This document shows positions 10,372 to 20,149 of a stretch of 64,000 nt of DNA, one piece after another. The stretch's first letter is position 1; every line of letters begins with the position of its first letter. The notes under the pieces are model-generated. The model saw nothing but the letters and a program-made list of their open reading frames with translations. It made no database searches and was not told where the DNA came from. The stretch comes from an uncultured Gammaproteobacteria bacterium (GTDB lineage Bacteria > Patescibacteriota > Patescibacteriia > Patescibacteriales > UBA12465). Position numbers and translations under genes: made by a program. The DNA lies in assembly GCA_964470695.1 (NCBI GenBank), contig CAYYDR010000001.1:10638-74637 (forward strand), written 5' to 3'.

Positions 10372-11127
10372 TTATTTGATAATTTCTCCTTCAACTATTT
10401 GAGGGGCTCCCGTCTGGGAGTCATTTTTTTTACGGAAAGTAAAAAGCTGCTGTAAGGCTGTAAACAAAGTTAAAACAAACCAATATAAAGTAAGGCCGCC
10501 CGGAAGCGAAATACCGATGAATACAGTGACGGCTGGCATAATATAAAGCATCTGCTTATTCATTATGGCGGCCATGTTCTCATCTTGCGAACCATCTGAT
10601 TTAACAGCCGGCTTAGATGACATCATCATCTTAGCTTGCCAAAATTGGGCCAAGCCAGCTAGAACCGCCAAAGGAACACTGGGCTTAGCTAAATCTAAAA
10701 ACCCTAATGACAAAGTATTTATTACTTCCGGCTTATAAATGAAGGAGTAAACTAAATCAAGCTTATTCCCCACGCCGTTTAAGAAAACTTTATAAACAGC
10801 AAATAAGAAAGGAAGCTGCAAGAGAAGAGGTAAACAAGAAGAAAACGGATTCACCTTATTCTCTTTATACATTTCCATGGTCGCCTGGCTCAATCCCGCT
10901 TTATCGTTAGCATACTTTTTCTTCAGTTCTTCAATTTTGGGCTGCAAATCCTGTAAAGCCTTCTGGGATTTTATTGATGATCGTCCTAAGGGCCAAAGAA
11001 TTAATTTAATCGCCGCGGTTAATAGTATTATGGCGACCCCTAAATCCTGAAAGGAGAGCGTATTATAAAACAAAACAAGAAGATTAAGGATGGGCTGATA
11101 AAATACTACAGTAAAAATGTTAGTCAT
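10372..11127 (-). CDS. yidC: Membrane protein insertase YidC/Oxa1 (short form)
   Basis: 251 aa with 5 TM helices. Conserved position downstream of rnpA-yidD. The YidC-like motif AIILLTAAIKLILWPL is present. Confidence 0.8.
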   Translation of the reverse strand: MTNIFTVVFYQPILNLLVLFYNTLSFQDLGVAIILLTAAIKLILWPLGRSSIKSQKALQDLQPKIEELKKKYANDKAGLSQATMEMYKENKVNPFSSCLPLLLQLPFLFAVYKVFLNGVGNKLDLVYSFIYKPEVINTLSLGFLDLAKPSVPLAVLAGLAQFWQAKMMMSSKPAVKSDGSQDENMAAIMNKQMLYIMPAVTVFIGISLPGGLTLYWFVLTLFTALQQLFTFRKKNDSQTGAPQIVEGEIIK

Positions 11128-11144
11128 AAAAACAAATTAAATAG

Positions 11145-11402
11145 TTATTTAACCGGATCATGGCCGCCCTTATTCCAGGGGTTACAGCGCAAAATACGCC
11201 AAACAGTCATTACTCCTCCCCGAATTATGCCATACTTTTCAATTGCCTCCAAGCCGTACTGGGAACAACTAGGATAAAAACGGCAAAAACCATGAGGATA
11301 AAAATTTTTTAGAGGCCCGTGATCAAAAGAAAGTGTCTTTTGATATATCCTTATAATTTTTATTACCGCTTGCCTAATTAGGTTTTCTAAATAACTATAC
11401 AT
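11145..11402 (-). CDS. yidD: Membrane protein insertion efficiency factor YidD
   Basis: 85 aa. YidD signature present ([17 protein letters not shown]...KGGHDPV). Lies between rnpA and yidC. Confidence 0.8.
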   Translation of the reverse strand: MYSYLENLIRQAVIKIIRIYQKTLSFDHGPLKNFYPHGFCRFYPSCSQYGLEAIEKYGIIRGGVMTVWRILRCNPWNKGGHDPVK

Positions 11403-11422
11403 AAAATTAAGCTAATAATAGC

Positions 11423-11764
11423 CTATTTATATAATTTTATTCTCTTAAAAGCATTGACTATGAATTCTTTTATATCTTGGAAATTTTTATCTAATATTTG
11501 AGGAAAAACTATAATAACCAGATCCTTTCCAGACTTTATTTTAGTCAACTCTTCTCTTATAATAGTCCTTATCTGCCTTTTAAATTTATTCCTTATAACA
11601 GCTTTTTTACTAACTTTAGTACTAATTAATATACCAAAGCGGTTATTGTCTAAACCATTATCTACGGCCTTTACCCCTAATATTCTATTATAAAAAGATT
11701 GGCCGAGCTTAAAGGCTCGGTCAAAATCTTTATTACGCCCCATTCTATTGATTTTTTTTAACAT
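11423..11764 (-). CDS. rnpA: Ribonuclease P protein component
   Basis: 113 aa, basic protein with RnpA-like KRNKFKRQIR motif. Sits in the conserved rpmH-rnpA gene order. Confidence 0.8.
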   Translation of the reverse strand: MLKKINRMGRNKDFDRAFKLGQSFYNRILGVKAVDNGLDNNRFGILISTKVSKKAVIRNKFKRQIRTIIREELTKIKSGKDLVIIVFPQILDKNFQDIKEFIVNAFKRIKLYK

Positions 11765-11780
11765 GACGGGAGTATTTTGC

Positions 11781-11919
11781 TTTATTTACTAAGCTTTTTT
11801 CGGCCTTTTTGGCGACGACGCTTTAAAACATTGCGACCATCCTTAGTTTCCATTCTCTGTATAAATCCGTGCTTCTTTTTAGCTCGGTGTTTATCTGGTT
11901 GATAAGTTCTCTTCGGCAT
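11781..11919 (-). CDS. rpmH: 50S ribosomal protein L34, with an apparent 1-nt insertion frameshifting the conserved C-terminus
   Basis: Reverse translation from the ATG at 11919 gives [33 protein letters not shown], then [10 protein letters not shown] in the actual frame. Skipping one nucleotide (the extra C at + strand 11820/11821) restores the canonical ...[15 protein letters not shown]. It is not in the ORF track because it is under 60 aa. Confidence 0.7.
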
Positions 11920-12126
11920 ACAATCAAAATTTATTTTATTATTATCTGTAATATAACACTTTTATTTGTAAGAGTCAATGTAAGAAATTATGCCTTTAGA
12001 GGGGGTTATCCACTAATTGTTAACATATTTTAAACAAAGTCTATGCTTGTGATAAAACGCTTTATCTAATATAATGAAACTACTGGAAATTTAAAATAAA
12101 CGCCGAAAAGGCAGCTATCAGAACTT
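11920..12126. promoter_or_regulatory. Divergent rpmH/dnaA promoter region with a DnaA-box-like site
   Basis: TTATCCACT (8/9 match to TTATCCACA) at 12006-12014. The region is AT-rich and intergenic between divergent rpmH and dnaA. Confidence 0.4.
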
Positions 12127-13524
12127 ATGACAAACGAACAAATTTGGCAGGCGGTCTTGGGAGAAATAGAGGTCAACCTTTCCCGAGCTAACTTTGTCAC
12201 CTGGTTTAAAGATACTTTTATTTCTTCATTTGAAAATGACCGTTTTATTATTTGCGTTCCTAACGCCTTCGTTAAAAAATGGCTAGAAGAGAAATATCAT
12301 AAAAATATTTTAAGTGCCCTAGAGAGCATCACTAAACAAAAAATAAAAGAGATAATTTATAAAATAGAGTTAAGACACGGCGGCGGGCACTCTCTACCAA
12401 CCAGCTCCCAGGAATCACGAACAGGGGAGACCTCAACCATAAAAACAGAAGTAAACGAAAAGAGCAGTGAGCCTTCAATTAATAATAAAGTTAACCAACA
12501 CGGCTTAAATCCTCGCTATGTATTTGAGAACTTTATTGTCGGACGCGGCAACGAGCTAGCCCATGCTGCCTGTTTAGCGGTTGTGGAGAACTTAGGAAAA
12601 TCATACAACCCTCTCTTCATATACGGCGGAGTCGGATTAGGCAAAACCCATCTTTTACAGGCCATAGGAAATGCTGTAGCAAAAAAAACTGATAAGATTC
12701 TTTATGCTACCAGTGAAAAGTTTACTAACAATTATATCCAGGCTGTTAAAAGTGGTAAGGCAAAGGAGTTTAAAAATTTATACCGCAATGTTGATTTATT
12801 ACTAGTTGATGATGTCCAGTTTATGGGCGGAAAAGACGGCACTCAAGAAGAATTCTTCCACACCTTTAATGAACTACAACAAAATGACAAACAAATAGTA
12901 CTAACCTCTGATCGGCCGCCAAAATCCATTCCAGCCATTGAAAGCCGCTTAATTTCCCGCTTTGAGTCGGGAATGGTCGCTGATGTAGGGAAGCCGGACA
13001 TAGAAACAAAAATAGCAATTCTAGAAAAGAAATCTATAGAAAAGGGGTGTCCTTTAGATAAAGAAATTCTCGGTTATATAGCTGAACATGTCCAAAATAA
13101 TATTAGGGAACTAGAGGGAGCGCTTATTAAAGTTATTGCTTCTCATCAGTTTAAGGGTCTAACCCCTAGTCTAAAAAGTGTTAAAGAAATACTAAGCGAC
13201 TATGTCTCTAATATTCAAACCCGATCTTTATCCCCTAAAGAGATTATTGAAGCAACCGCCAAATTCTACAATTTAAATTATAAAGATTTAACTGGAAAGA
13301 GCCGAAAAAAAGAGTTGGTCTGGCCAAGACAAATTGCTATATTTCTTATTAGAGAAGATGTCGGTTCTTCTTACCCAACCATCGGGGCTGAACTAGGCGG
13401 TAGAGATCATACTACTGCTATGCATTCCTACACTAAAATATCTCAAGAGATAAAGGAGCGTGGCAACGAAAAAATAAAACAAGAAATAGCCTCTATCCGT
13501 CAACTATTTAATTCTCCTTACTAA
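12127..13524 (+). CDS. dnaA: Chromosomal replication initiator protein DnaA
   Basis: 465 aa. AAA+ Walker A (GGVGLGKTHLLQAIGN) and Walker B (LLLVDDVQF) are present, with the C-terminal DnaA-box-binding HTH. Confidence 0.95.
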   Translation: MTNEQIWQAVLGEIEVNLSRANFVTWFKDTFISSFENDRFIICVPNAFVKKWLEEKYHKNILSALESITKQKIKEIIYKIELRHGGGHSLPTSSQESRTGETSTIKTEVNEKSSEPSINNKVNQHGLNPRYVFENFIVGRGNELAHAACLAVVENLGKSYNPLFIYGGVGLGKTHLLQAIGNAVAKKTDKILYATSEKFTNNYIQAVKSGKAKEFKNLYRNVDLLLVDDVQFMGGKDGTQEEFFHTFNELQQNDKQIVLTSDRPPKSIPAIESRLISRFESGMVADVGKPDIETKIAILEKKSIEKGCPLDKEILGYIAEHVQNNIRELEGALIKVIASHQFKGLTPSLKSVKEILSDYVSNIQTRSLSPKEIIEATAKFYNLNYKDLTGKSRKKELVWPRQIAIFLIREDVGSSYPTIGAELGGRDHTTAMHSYTKISQEIKERGNEKIKQEIASIRQLFNSPY

Positions 13525-13788
13525 TTTTCTTGGTGGATATCTTGTTAGTAACTTGTTAGCACGTTAGGGATAAAATTATTCAGTTTGTTAATAACTTCCG
13601 CTTTAAAAAAGTTAGCCACAGTAAAGCTAAAATAGTTAAACAGATAATGTACTAACTTATTAACAAACAAATCGTAAAAAAGGTTAACAAAATAAAAGAA
13701 TATAGTAAAAATCAATAGTTATCCCCGCCCTTATTATTACTATTATTTATATATAATATAATAATATAATAATAACCAATAAATAATT
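13525..13788. other. Putative oriC (dnaA-dnaN intergenic)
   Basis: Degenerate DnaA boxes are present: TTAGCCACA at 13612-13620 (8/9), ggtggatat (7/9 to the reverse-complement consensus) and TTATCCCCG (7/9). A pronounced AT-only tract (tatttatatataatataataatataataat) next to the dnaN start is a candidate DUE. Confidence 0.4.
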
Positions 13789-14913
13789 ATGAAGTTTATT
13801 AGTCTGCAGGAAAATTTAAAAAGAGGGTTAAATATTGTTGGGCACATAACGTCTAAGAATATAAATTTACCTATCCTTAATAATATTTTAATTAAAGTTG
13901 ATAATGGTAATATTGAATTAGTGAGTACTAATCTAGAAATCGGTATAACGCATCAGCTAAGGGGAAAGATAGATGGCGAGGGTCAGTTTACAGTTGATTC
14001 AAAGTTAATTACGGAATATGTTAATTTACTAAGCGGCGGCGAAAAAGTTAAAGCCGAGGAAAAGGATGGCGAATTAAAGATAGAATGTGGTAATTACAAA
14101 ACAAAAATAAAAGGAGAATCAGCTAAAGAGTTTCCTTTGATCCCGGCCATACCTAAAGATAAATATTATAGCTGTGAGACTGAGGAATTTAAGAAAGCTC
14201 TTAATAGTGTTATTTTCGCGGTTTCTAATAGTGAGAACAGGGTAGAATTAACTGGTGTGTTATTCTATTTTAATAAGGGAAAATTAAATGTTGTGGCTAC
14301 CGATAGCTATCGTCTAGCTGAAAGAGAAATTACTGTTGTAAATAGTGGTGCTCCAGAGGAATCAAAAGTAATAGTGCCGGCTAAGACAGCCCAAGAATTT
14401 TTAAGAATACTTAATGGTTTAGATTATTCTAGTATAGATGGGTCGCCGGAGGTTCATATTCATTTATCTGACAACCAGGTTTTATTTACAGTTGACTCAG
14501 TTGATTTAATATCCCGCCTGATTAACGGTAATTACCCAGACTACAAACAAATAATCCCGACTAAAAGCCAAACGGGGGTAATAGTAGATAGACAGGAATT
14601 AATAAGAGCTGTGAAGGCCGCCGCCCTTTTTTCTAAAACAGGGATTAATGATGTTTCCCTGAAATTTAGTAGTAATAGAGTTTTAGTTAGTGCTTTTTCT
14701 GGGTCAAGCGGAGAAAGTGAAATTAATATTGAAGCGGAAATATCCGGGGAAGATAATGAAATTACTGCTAATTACCGCTATTTAATAGATGGTTTGAATA
14801 ATATTGAAGGAGAAAGGGTAAATATTTTAATTTTAAATTCTACTACCCCATGTTTACTAAAACCAGAGAAAAGCAGTAATTATTTATATATAGTAATGCC
14901 TATTAGACAATAG
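13789..14913 (+). CDS. dnaN: DNA polymerase III beta sliding clamp
   Basis: 374 aa with three-domain clamp pattern. Conserved position after dnaA. Confidence 0.9.
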   Translation: MKFISLQENLKRGLNIVGHITSKNINLPILNNILIKVDNGNIELVSTNLEIGITHQLRGKIDGEGQFTVDSKLITEYVNLLSGGEKVKAEEKDGELKIECGNYKTKIKGESAKEFPLIPAIPKDKYYSCETEEFKKALNSVIFAVSNSENRVELTGVLFYFNKGKLNVVATDSYRLAEREITVVNSGAPEESKVIVPAKTAQEFLRILNGLDYSSIDGSPEVHIHLSDNQVLFTVDSVDLISRLINGNYPDYKQIIPTKSQTGVIVDRQELIRAVKAAALFSKTGINDVSLKFSSNRVLVSAFSGSSGESEINIEAEISGEDNEITANYRYLIDGLNNIEGERVNILILNSTTPCLLKPEKSSNYLYIVMPIRQ

Positions 14914-14933
14914 TTATCTATTACACAGCAAAT

Positions 14934-14962
14934 AAAAAAACAGCCGATTGGCTGTTTTTTTA
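14934..14962. terminator. Bidirectional rho-independent terminator between dnaN (+) and the PBP gene (-)
   Basis: aaaaaaa-cagcc-gatt-ggctg-ttttttt: a hairpin flanked by an A-run and a T-run. Confidence 0.7.
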
Positions 14963-14966
14963 TTGT

Positions 14967-17825
14967 TTAATTAACAGTTATTTTTATTTCATTGCTTTTT
15001 ATCTGATCGCCATTCCAATCAGAAGCTTCAGCATAAGCAGTATAAACTCCGGGCGGCGGCGGAAAATCCCAGGTAGTTTCTAAAAATTTTTCAGCCGTTT
15101 TTAAGTTATTTTTAATGGTTATTTTATTTCCACTTCCGTCCCTGGCCATTAAATTGATTTGGGCTGTTCTTTCTGGTCTAGCAACTTGTAGCTTAAAGGC
15201 TAGAGGAAAATCAATTTTTTTGTCAGCCGTTCCTGATATAGGACTGATTATTTTTAGAGAGTTTTTGTTAATAGTGATTGGGTTATTGCTTATTAGGAGG
15301 TTAAATGTTGTACTTGTTTCGCCGCAAATTTCTAATTCGTCGCAGGCTTTCACAGTTAACTTATGGTAACCGTTATTAAGAAAATTTATTTCTTTAGTAA
15401 ATATGCCGCTTTGGCCGTTGGTTGTTTCCCATAAGTTATTGTTTATGTAATATTCTATTCTACTAATTTTATTTATGGAAGAAATTTCAGTCTCTATACT
15501 TAAGTTAGAAGAATTTAGGGTTTGGTTGGCGGCTGGATTTATTATTTTTATTTTTGGTGCCTCCATTGATTCAATAGGATTAGTACTGGGCGGAGTTGAG
15601 GTTGAGGTTTGGACCATTAGAGTGGAAGTAGCTTTAAGAGCCCATTTTTTTACAGCCTCCTCCCATAAATTAAACTGGGGGTCATTACTAGAGTTAGCCG
15701 GAGCAGGACTAAGAGGATTATCTTTATCAATATAGTATAAAATACTATGGTGGGCCGGAGCGGTTTTTTCGCCGATTAACTCTAAGGGAGTAGAACTAGA
15801 TATAGGTAGACCAGTACTAATATCAACTTTGATTATTTCGTTCGGGAGCCTTCCATCTAGAATATCTTTGCCAGTCTTATAGTCGTCTGGTTTTTTAAAA
15901 TCTTCTATAGGGGTGTCACCCAAGACTTTAGCCATAAAATCATGCCAAATAGGCGCCGCGAGAACGCTGCCGTCAGCCTTGCCTTTCATAGCCTTGTTGT
16001 CACTGTTTCCTACCCAAACGCCGGTTACTATTGATGGAGTATAGCCGATTGTCCAGGCGTCGTGATAATCATTAGTGGTGCCGGTTTTAGCCGCTACCGG
16101 TCTAGCTCCTAAATTAAGAAAATTTTTCGCGCCAAAAATATAAGTACGAGCCGCATTATCAGAAAGAATATCATTTATCATTCTGGCGACCTTAGAGCTT
16201 AGCGCTTTTTTTTCAGAGGGCTTATATTCTTCAATAACGCGGCCATCTTTGTCTTCCACTTTTAAGATACTGACAATAGGACTAATTTGCCCGTCTCGTG
16301 CGAAAACACTGTACGCGTTAACATGTTCTAATAATTTTACTTCGGCGCCCCCTAAAACAAAGGATAGACCAAAGCGGTTACGCGGGAATAGAGTGGTGTA
16401 ACCAAGATTGTCAGCTAGATCAATGACGTTATTAATATCCGCTAAGTAAATAGCTTTGACGGCCGGGATGTTGAGAGACCCGGCTAGTGCCTGTCTAATA
16501 GTTACTGGCCCTAATTCTTTACCGCTATAATCATGAGGTTGATAGGGTTCGCTGGGATTAGTAGAAAAATTAGTTATTACATCATAAAGAATAGTGTCTG
16601 GAGTATAACCCTTTTCAAACAAAGCAGCGTATACTAAGGGCTTCATTGATGATCCTGGCTGGCGCGGGCGCGTTGCGACGTTAACTTGGCCGCTAATAGT
16701 ATCATCAAAGTAATCACGAGATCCGACCATAACCAGAATTTGTCCGGTTTTTGGGTCAATAGACACTAGAGCAGCGTTATTTGCACCGTATTTTTGAGAA
16801 TAATCTTTGGTGCGGGTGGCAATTACTTCCTCAGCCGCCTTTTGTTTATATAAGTCTAAAGTAGTATATATTTTTAGACCGCCCTGTTCTACCATTTTTT
16901 CTCCGTATTTATCAGCCAATAAATCTTTTATATACATGACAAAATGGGGCGCGACAATATTAGTTTCTGGTCCCTTAAATTTTATTTCTCTTTTTTTTGC
17001 TTCGTCTCTTTCTGATTCGGATATATATCCCTGTTCAGCCATCAAATTTAAAACATAATCTTTGCGCCCTAAGAGAATATCTTTATTAGGGCCGTAAGGA
17101 GAATAGCGGCTAGGCACTTGAACTATGGCCGCTAAAATAGCCGCTTCTTCTAAACTAACATCCTTAACATTTTTACCAAAATATTTTTGGCTAGCAGCCT
17201 GGACGCCATAGGCATTTGAGCCATAAGGTATTTCGTTGAGGTACATTTGCAGTATTTCATCTTTAGAGAATTTTTTTTCTAGACGATAGGCTAGCACCAG
17301 TTCTTTTATTTTTCTCGGAATAGTTTTTTCCGAAGTTAAGATAGCATTTTTTATGAATTGCTGGGTAAGGGTTGAACCGCCGGCGCTGCGGTTAAAAATA
17401 ATATTAGTCGCCACCGTTCGGAACATGGCCCAGAGGCTGAAGCCGCCATGCTTGTAAAAGTTTTTATCTTCAATGGCAATGGTCGCCTGCTTAACTTTAT
17501 CAGGGATGTCTTGTAAGGACACGAGAGTCCTTTTTTGTTCGCCACTTATCTCGTATAAAATATTTTCGCCGCTGCGGTCATAAATTTTAGTGCTCTGCGC
17601 TATTTCTCGGTTGATTAGTTGATTAGGATTAGGTAGGTCGCGGGAAATCCAGGCGACATAAGCCGCGCCAAACAGGATTAAAATTAACCCTAAGGATAGA
17701 GATAATGCCGCTAATTTACGAGTTAAAACTCGTTTTTTTTGTGGTCTAGAAGACTTTATCCCGCGAGTGCTGCGGTAATCGCGCCAAGAATCTGAGGCTT
17801 TTTTGCGTAGTTGTGGTATAGGCAT
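14967..17825 (-). CDS. Class A penicillin-binding protein (bifunctional glycosyltransferase/transpeptidase) with about 250-aa C-terminal extension
   Basis: 952 aa with an N-terminal TM anchor. GT51 motifs are present (GGSTLTQQFIKN), and transpeptidase SxxK (SSMKP), SxN (SLN) and KTG (KTGTT) motifs. Confidence 0.9.
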   Translation of the reverse strand: MPIPQLRKKASDSWRDYRSTRGIKSSRPQKKRVLTRKLAALSLSLGLILILFGAAYVAWISRDLPNPNQLINREIAQSTKIYDRSGENILYEISGEQKRTLVSLQDIPDKVKQATIAIEDKNFYKHGGFSLWAMFRTVATNIIFNRSAGGSTLTQQFIKNAILTSEKTIPRKIKELVLAYRLEKKFSKDEILQMYLNEIPYGSNAYGVQAASQKYFGKNVKDVSLEEAAILAAIVQVPSRYSPYGPNKDILLGRKDYVLNLMAEQGYISESERDEAKKREIKFKGPETNIVAPHFVMYIKDLLADKYGEKMVEQGGLKIYTTLDLYKQKAAEEVIATRTKDYSQKYGANNAALVSIDPKTGQILVMVGSRDYFDDTISGQVNVATRPRQPGSSMKPLVYAALFEKGYTPDTILYDVITNFSTNPSEPYQPHDYSGKELGPVTIRQALAGSLNIPAVKAIYLADINNVIDLADNLGYTTLFPRNRFGLSFVLGGAEVKLLEHVNAYSVFARDGQISPIVSILKVEDKDGRVIEEYKPSEKKALSSKVARMINDILSDNAARTYIFGAKNFLNLGARPVAAKTGTTNDYHDAWTIGYTPSIVTGVWVGNSDNKAMKGKADGSVLAAPIWHDFMAKVLGDTPIEDFKKPDDYKTGKDILDGRLPNEIIKVDISTGLPISSSTPLELIGEKTAPAHHSILYYIDKDNPLSPAPANSSNDPQFNLWEEAVKKWALKATSTLMVQTSTSTPPSTNPIESMEAPKIKIINPAANQTLNSSNLSIETEISSINKISRIEYYINNNLWETTNGQSGIFTKEINFLNNGYHKLTVKACDELEICGETSTTFNLLISNNPITINKNSLKIISPISGTADKKIDFPLAFKLQVARPERTAQINLMARDGSGNKITIKNNLKTAEKFLETTWDFPPPPGVYTAYAEASDWNGDQIKSNEIKITVN

Positions 17826-17887
17826 ATAGTAAGTTTATGATAGTTATTATATCATATATATATAATAAAATCGTCTGAATTAAATTT

Positions 17888-18694
17888 ATGCCAATTATAA
17901 ATAGTCTTACTAATACCACTATAAAAGATTTAATCCGCCTCCATAAGTCTGGCGAGAGAAAGGCTCGGGGTTTGATAGTGGTTGACGGACAGAGAGAGAT
18001 TGAGTTTGGTCTGAAAGCTGGCTTAAAAGTGGTAGAGATTTTTTATTGTCCCAGTCTTCATAAATCAAAAGACGATCTAAAATTATTGGTAAATAAAAAT
18101 AAGTTTAAATTAACAGAAGTATCAGAACCTGTATTTAAAAAAATTTGTTATAAGGAGAATCCAGATGGATTCTTAGCGGTCGCTCAGAGGCCACAGACGG
18201 CGCTTCCTGAGCTTGAGAGAGTGGATCGCGACATCTTAGTCGTGGTTCTAGAAAATGTTGAGAAACCAGGCAACCTAGGGGCGATAATTCGTAGCGCTTA
18301 CGCGGCGTCCGTTGATTATATAATTATTAATAATGCCCAGACGGATATTTATAATCCTAATGTTATTAGGGCTAGCGAAGGATATATTTTTAAATTACTG
18401 CCCATAGAAATTTCCGTCCCAGATACGATTAGTTGGCTTAAAAAAAATAAAATAAGAACTTTAGGAGCCTCAACTAGCACTAAAAAAGAATATACTAAGG
18501 CTAATTTAGGCGGCCGGGTAGCTATTGTTTTAGGATCAGAGGCCGAAGGACTAAGTCGTAACTGGTTGGAGCTAGCCGATGATCTTATTAAGATTCCCAT
18601 GCGGAGCGATGTAGACTCCCTTAATGTATCGGTATCGGCAGCAATAATAATTTTTGAAGCCTTAAGACAGAGAAGTGTAAATAAAAAAGCGTAA
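17888..18694 (+). CDS. TrmH/SpoU-family RNA 2'-O-methyltransferase (RlmB-like)
   Basis: 268 aa. SPOUT motifs present (VVVLENVEKPGNLGAIIRSAYAASV; LGSEAEGLS...IPMRSDVDSLNVSVSAAIIIFE). Confidence 0.8.
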   Translation: MPIINSLTNTTIKDLIRLHKSGERKARGLIVVDGQREIEFGLKAGLKVVEIFYCPSLHKSKDDLKLLVNKNKFKLTEVSEPVFKKICYKENPDGFLAVAQRPQTALPELERVDRDILVVVLENVEKPGNLGAIIRSAYAASVDYIIINNAQTDIYNPNVIRASEGYIFKLLPIEISVPDTISWLKKNKIRTLGASTSTKKEYTKANLGGRVAIVLGSEAEGLSRNWLELADDLIKIPMRSDVDSLNVSVSAAIIIFEALRQRSVNKKA

Positions 18695-18765
18695 ATTTGA
18701 CAATAGTTCATATTTCTATTAATATAAGACAATAATTAGGGTTATTGTTTCTCTAATTATTTTTT

Positions 18766-18837
18766 GCGCCCGTAGTTCAATGGATAGAACACCAGCCTTC
18801 TAAGCTGGTTATGAGGGTTCGATTCCCCCCGGGCGTA
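18766..18837 (+). tRNA. tRNA-Arg, anticodon UCU
   Basis: Acceptor gcgcccg/cgggcgt, anticodon stem ccagc/gctgg with loop cttctaa (anticodon TCT), T-loop ttcgatt. Confidence 0.75.
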
Positions 18838-18858
18838 CGTTTCTTAAGAAACATTTAT

Positions 18859-18930
18859 GGTGCCTATGGTGTAGTGGTAACACAGCAGGTTGTGGTCCTG
18901 TTATTGAGGGTCCGATTCCCTCTAGGCACC
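18859..18930 (+). tRNA. tRNA-His, anticodon GUG, with encoded G-1
   Basis: Extra 5' G (G-1) pairing with discriminator C73. Acceptor gtgccta/taggcac, anticodon stem gcagg/cctgt with loop ttgtggt (anticodon GTG). Confidence 0.8.
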
Positions 18931-18944
18931 CATTATATGAAAAT

Positions 18945-18968
18945 CCTCGCTTTTAGGCGAGGGTTTTT
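18945..18968 (+). terminator. Rho-independent terminator after the tRNA-Arg/His pair
   Basis: Hairpin cctcgc-ttttag-gcgagg followed by gttttt. Confidence 0.55.
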
Positions 18969-19069
18969 AGTATGGTAAGTATTGACAATATTGTTTATAT
19001 ATGTTATTATAATAGTAACTTGAGCAGTTAAACTAAATCGTACATTTCAAATCATAAGGAAGTTATTAA

Positions 19070-19339
19070 ATGGAAAATTCAATGACAAAAGTTATTATTG
19101 ACCTCTTTAAAAAAGTAATTCTTTTTTCTCTTGTTCTCCGGGAGGTTATGAGATTGATGAAATATTTATTTTTCTTTTTAATCTTTTTGCTGCTGGCTTA
19201 TGTGGCATACATTGATAAGCCCTGGAAACAATGGGGTTATGTTGATTATGCAATTTTAGCTGTATTTTCAGCGGTGATTTTGGGGGCATTTCTTGCCGCG
19301 TCAATCAATGATGCGAAAAAGAAGAATATACCAGCCTAA
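19070..19339 (+). CDS. Small membrane protein (2 TM), unknown function
   Basis: 89 aa with two hydrophobic helices. Followed by the hairpin ccgactct...gagtcgg plus a T-run at about 19360-19392. Confidence 0.4.
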   Translation: MENSMTKVIIDLFKKVILFSLVLREVMRLMKYLFFFLIFLLLAYVAYIDKPWKQWGYVDYAILAVFSAVILGAFLAASINDAKKKNIPA

Positions 19340-19447
19340 TTAGCTGAAACATTTACACGGCCGACTCTGTAGTTTAAGAGTCGGTTTTTATTTGACATTT
19401 ATTGTTATTTTTAGTATAAATTAGGTAAATAATGGAAGGAGGTTTAT

Positions 19448-20059
19448 ATGGAATCGTTCTTTTTAATTCTGCTTTTTTCCTACTTAGTAGGATCAATCCC
19501 CTTTGATTATATTTTAGTTAAGATAATTAAAGGGATTGATATAAGAAAGGTCGGGAGCGGAAACCCCGGCGCGACTAATGTGAAAAGAATTTTAGGCTGG
19601 CCCGGGCTAGTGGCCGCCTTCATTTTAGACGCTTTTAAGGGCGTCGTTCCAGTTTGGTTAGCTTGGCACGTCTTTAATTTGCCGGTCTGGGAAGTTACTT
19701 TAGTGGGATCAGCTGCCATAATCGGACACATTCTTTCCATATTCCTTTGGTTTAAGGGCGGGAAAGGAGTATCTACTATTATGGGTGTTTTTTTGGTATT
19801 AAATCCATTAATAGGTGGCGCCGCCTTAGCTTCTTGGCTCTTCTTGTATTTAAGAACTGGGTTCAGTTCAGCCGGCTCTTTGTTAGCCGCCTTAGTTATT
19901 CCGGTTACCCAGATAGCAAAACAAATTTTTGATCCGGCACCAAGTTTAGCCGATAGCTTGCCGGTTACAATATTTTCTTTTTTAGTTCTGGGGCTTATTG
20001 TTTATAGCCACAGAGAAAATATTGGTAGATTGTTAAACGGCACAGAGAGAAAGGCCTAA
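19448..20059 (+). CDS. plsY: Glycerol-3-phosphate acyltransferase PlsY
   Basis: 203 aa. PlsY motifs present (GSGNPGATNVKRILG; HILSIFLWFKGGKGVST). A terminator hairpin follows at about 20076-20112. Confidence 0.85.
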   Translation: MESFFLILLFSYLVGSIPFDYILVKIIKGIDIRKVGSGNPGATNVKRILGWPGLVAAFILDAFKGVVPVWLAWHVFNLPVWEVTLVGSAAIIGHILSIFLWFKGGKGVSTIMGVFLVLNPLIGGAALASWLFLYLRTGFSSAGSLLAALVIPVTQIAKQIFDPAPSLADSLPVTIFSFLVLGLIVYSHRENIGRLLNGTERKA

Positions 20060-20149
20060 GTAGAGATGTTTTAGTAATTAGTAAAGAGGTTGGAAGTTAC
20101 AACCTCTTTTTTATTTAGGCAATTGCTATGGTCATGGTATAATTGAATT

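Noticed and set aside
9308-10394. Minus-strand ORFs of 70 aa and 61 aa overlapping vanW. Also considered calling the VanW Ser/Thr/Pro-rich tail a separate repeat feature.
   Set aside because: The ORFs are antisense shadows. The STP-rich region is an in-frame low-complexity linker of the VanW protein, not a DNA repeat element.
15115-17545. Several 64-86 aa ORFs on both strands within the PBP gene
   Set aside because: All overlap the 952-aa PBP frame that carries SxxK, SxN and KTG motifs. No independent signals.
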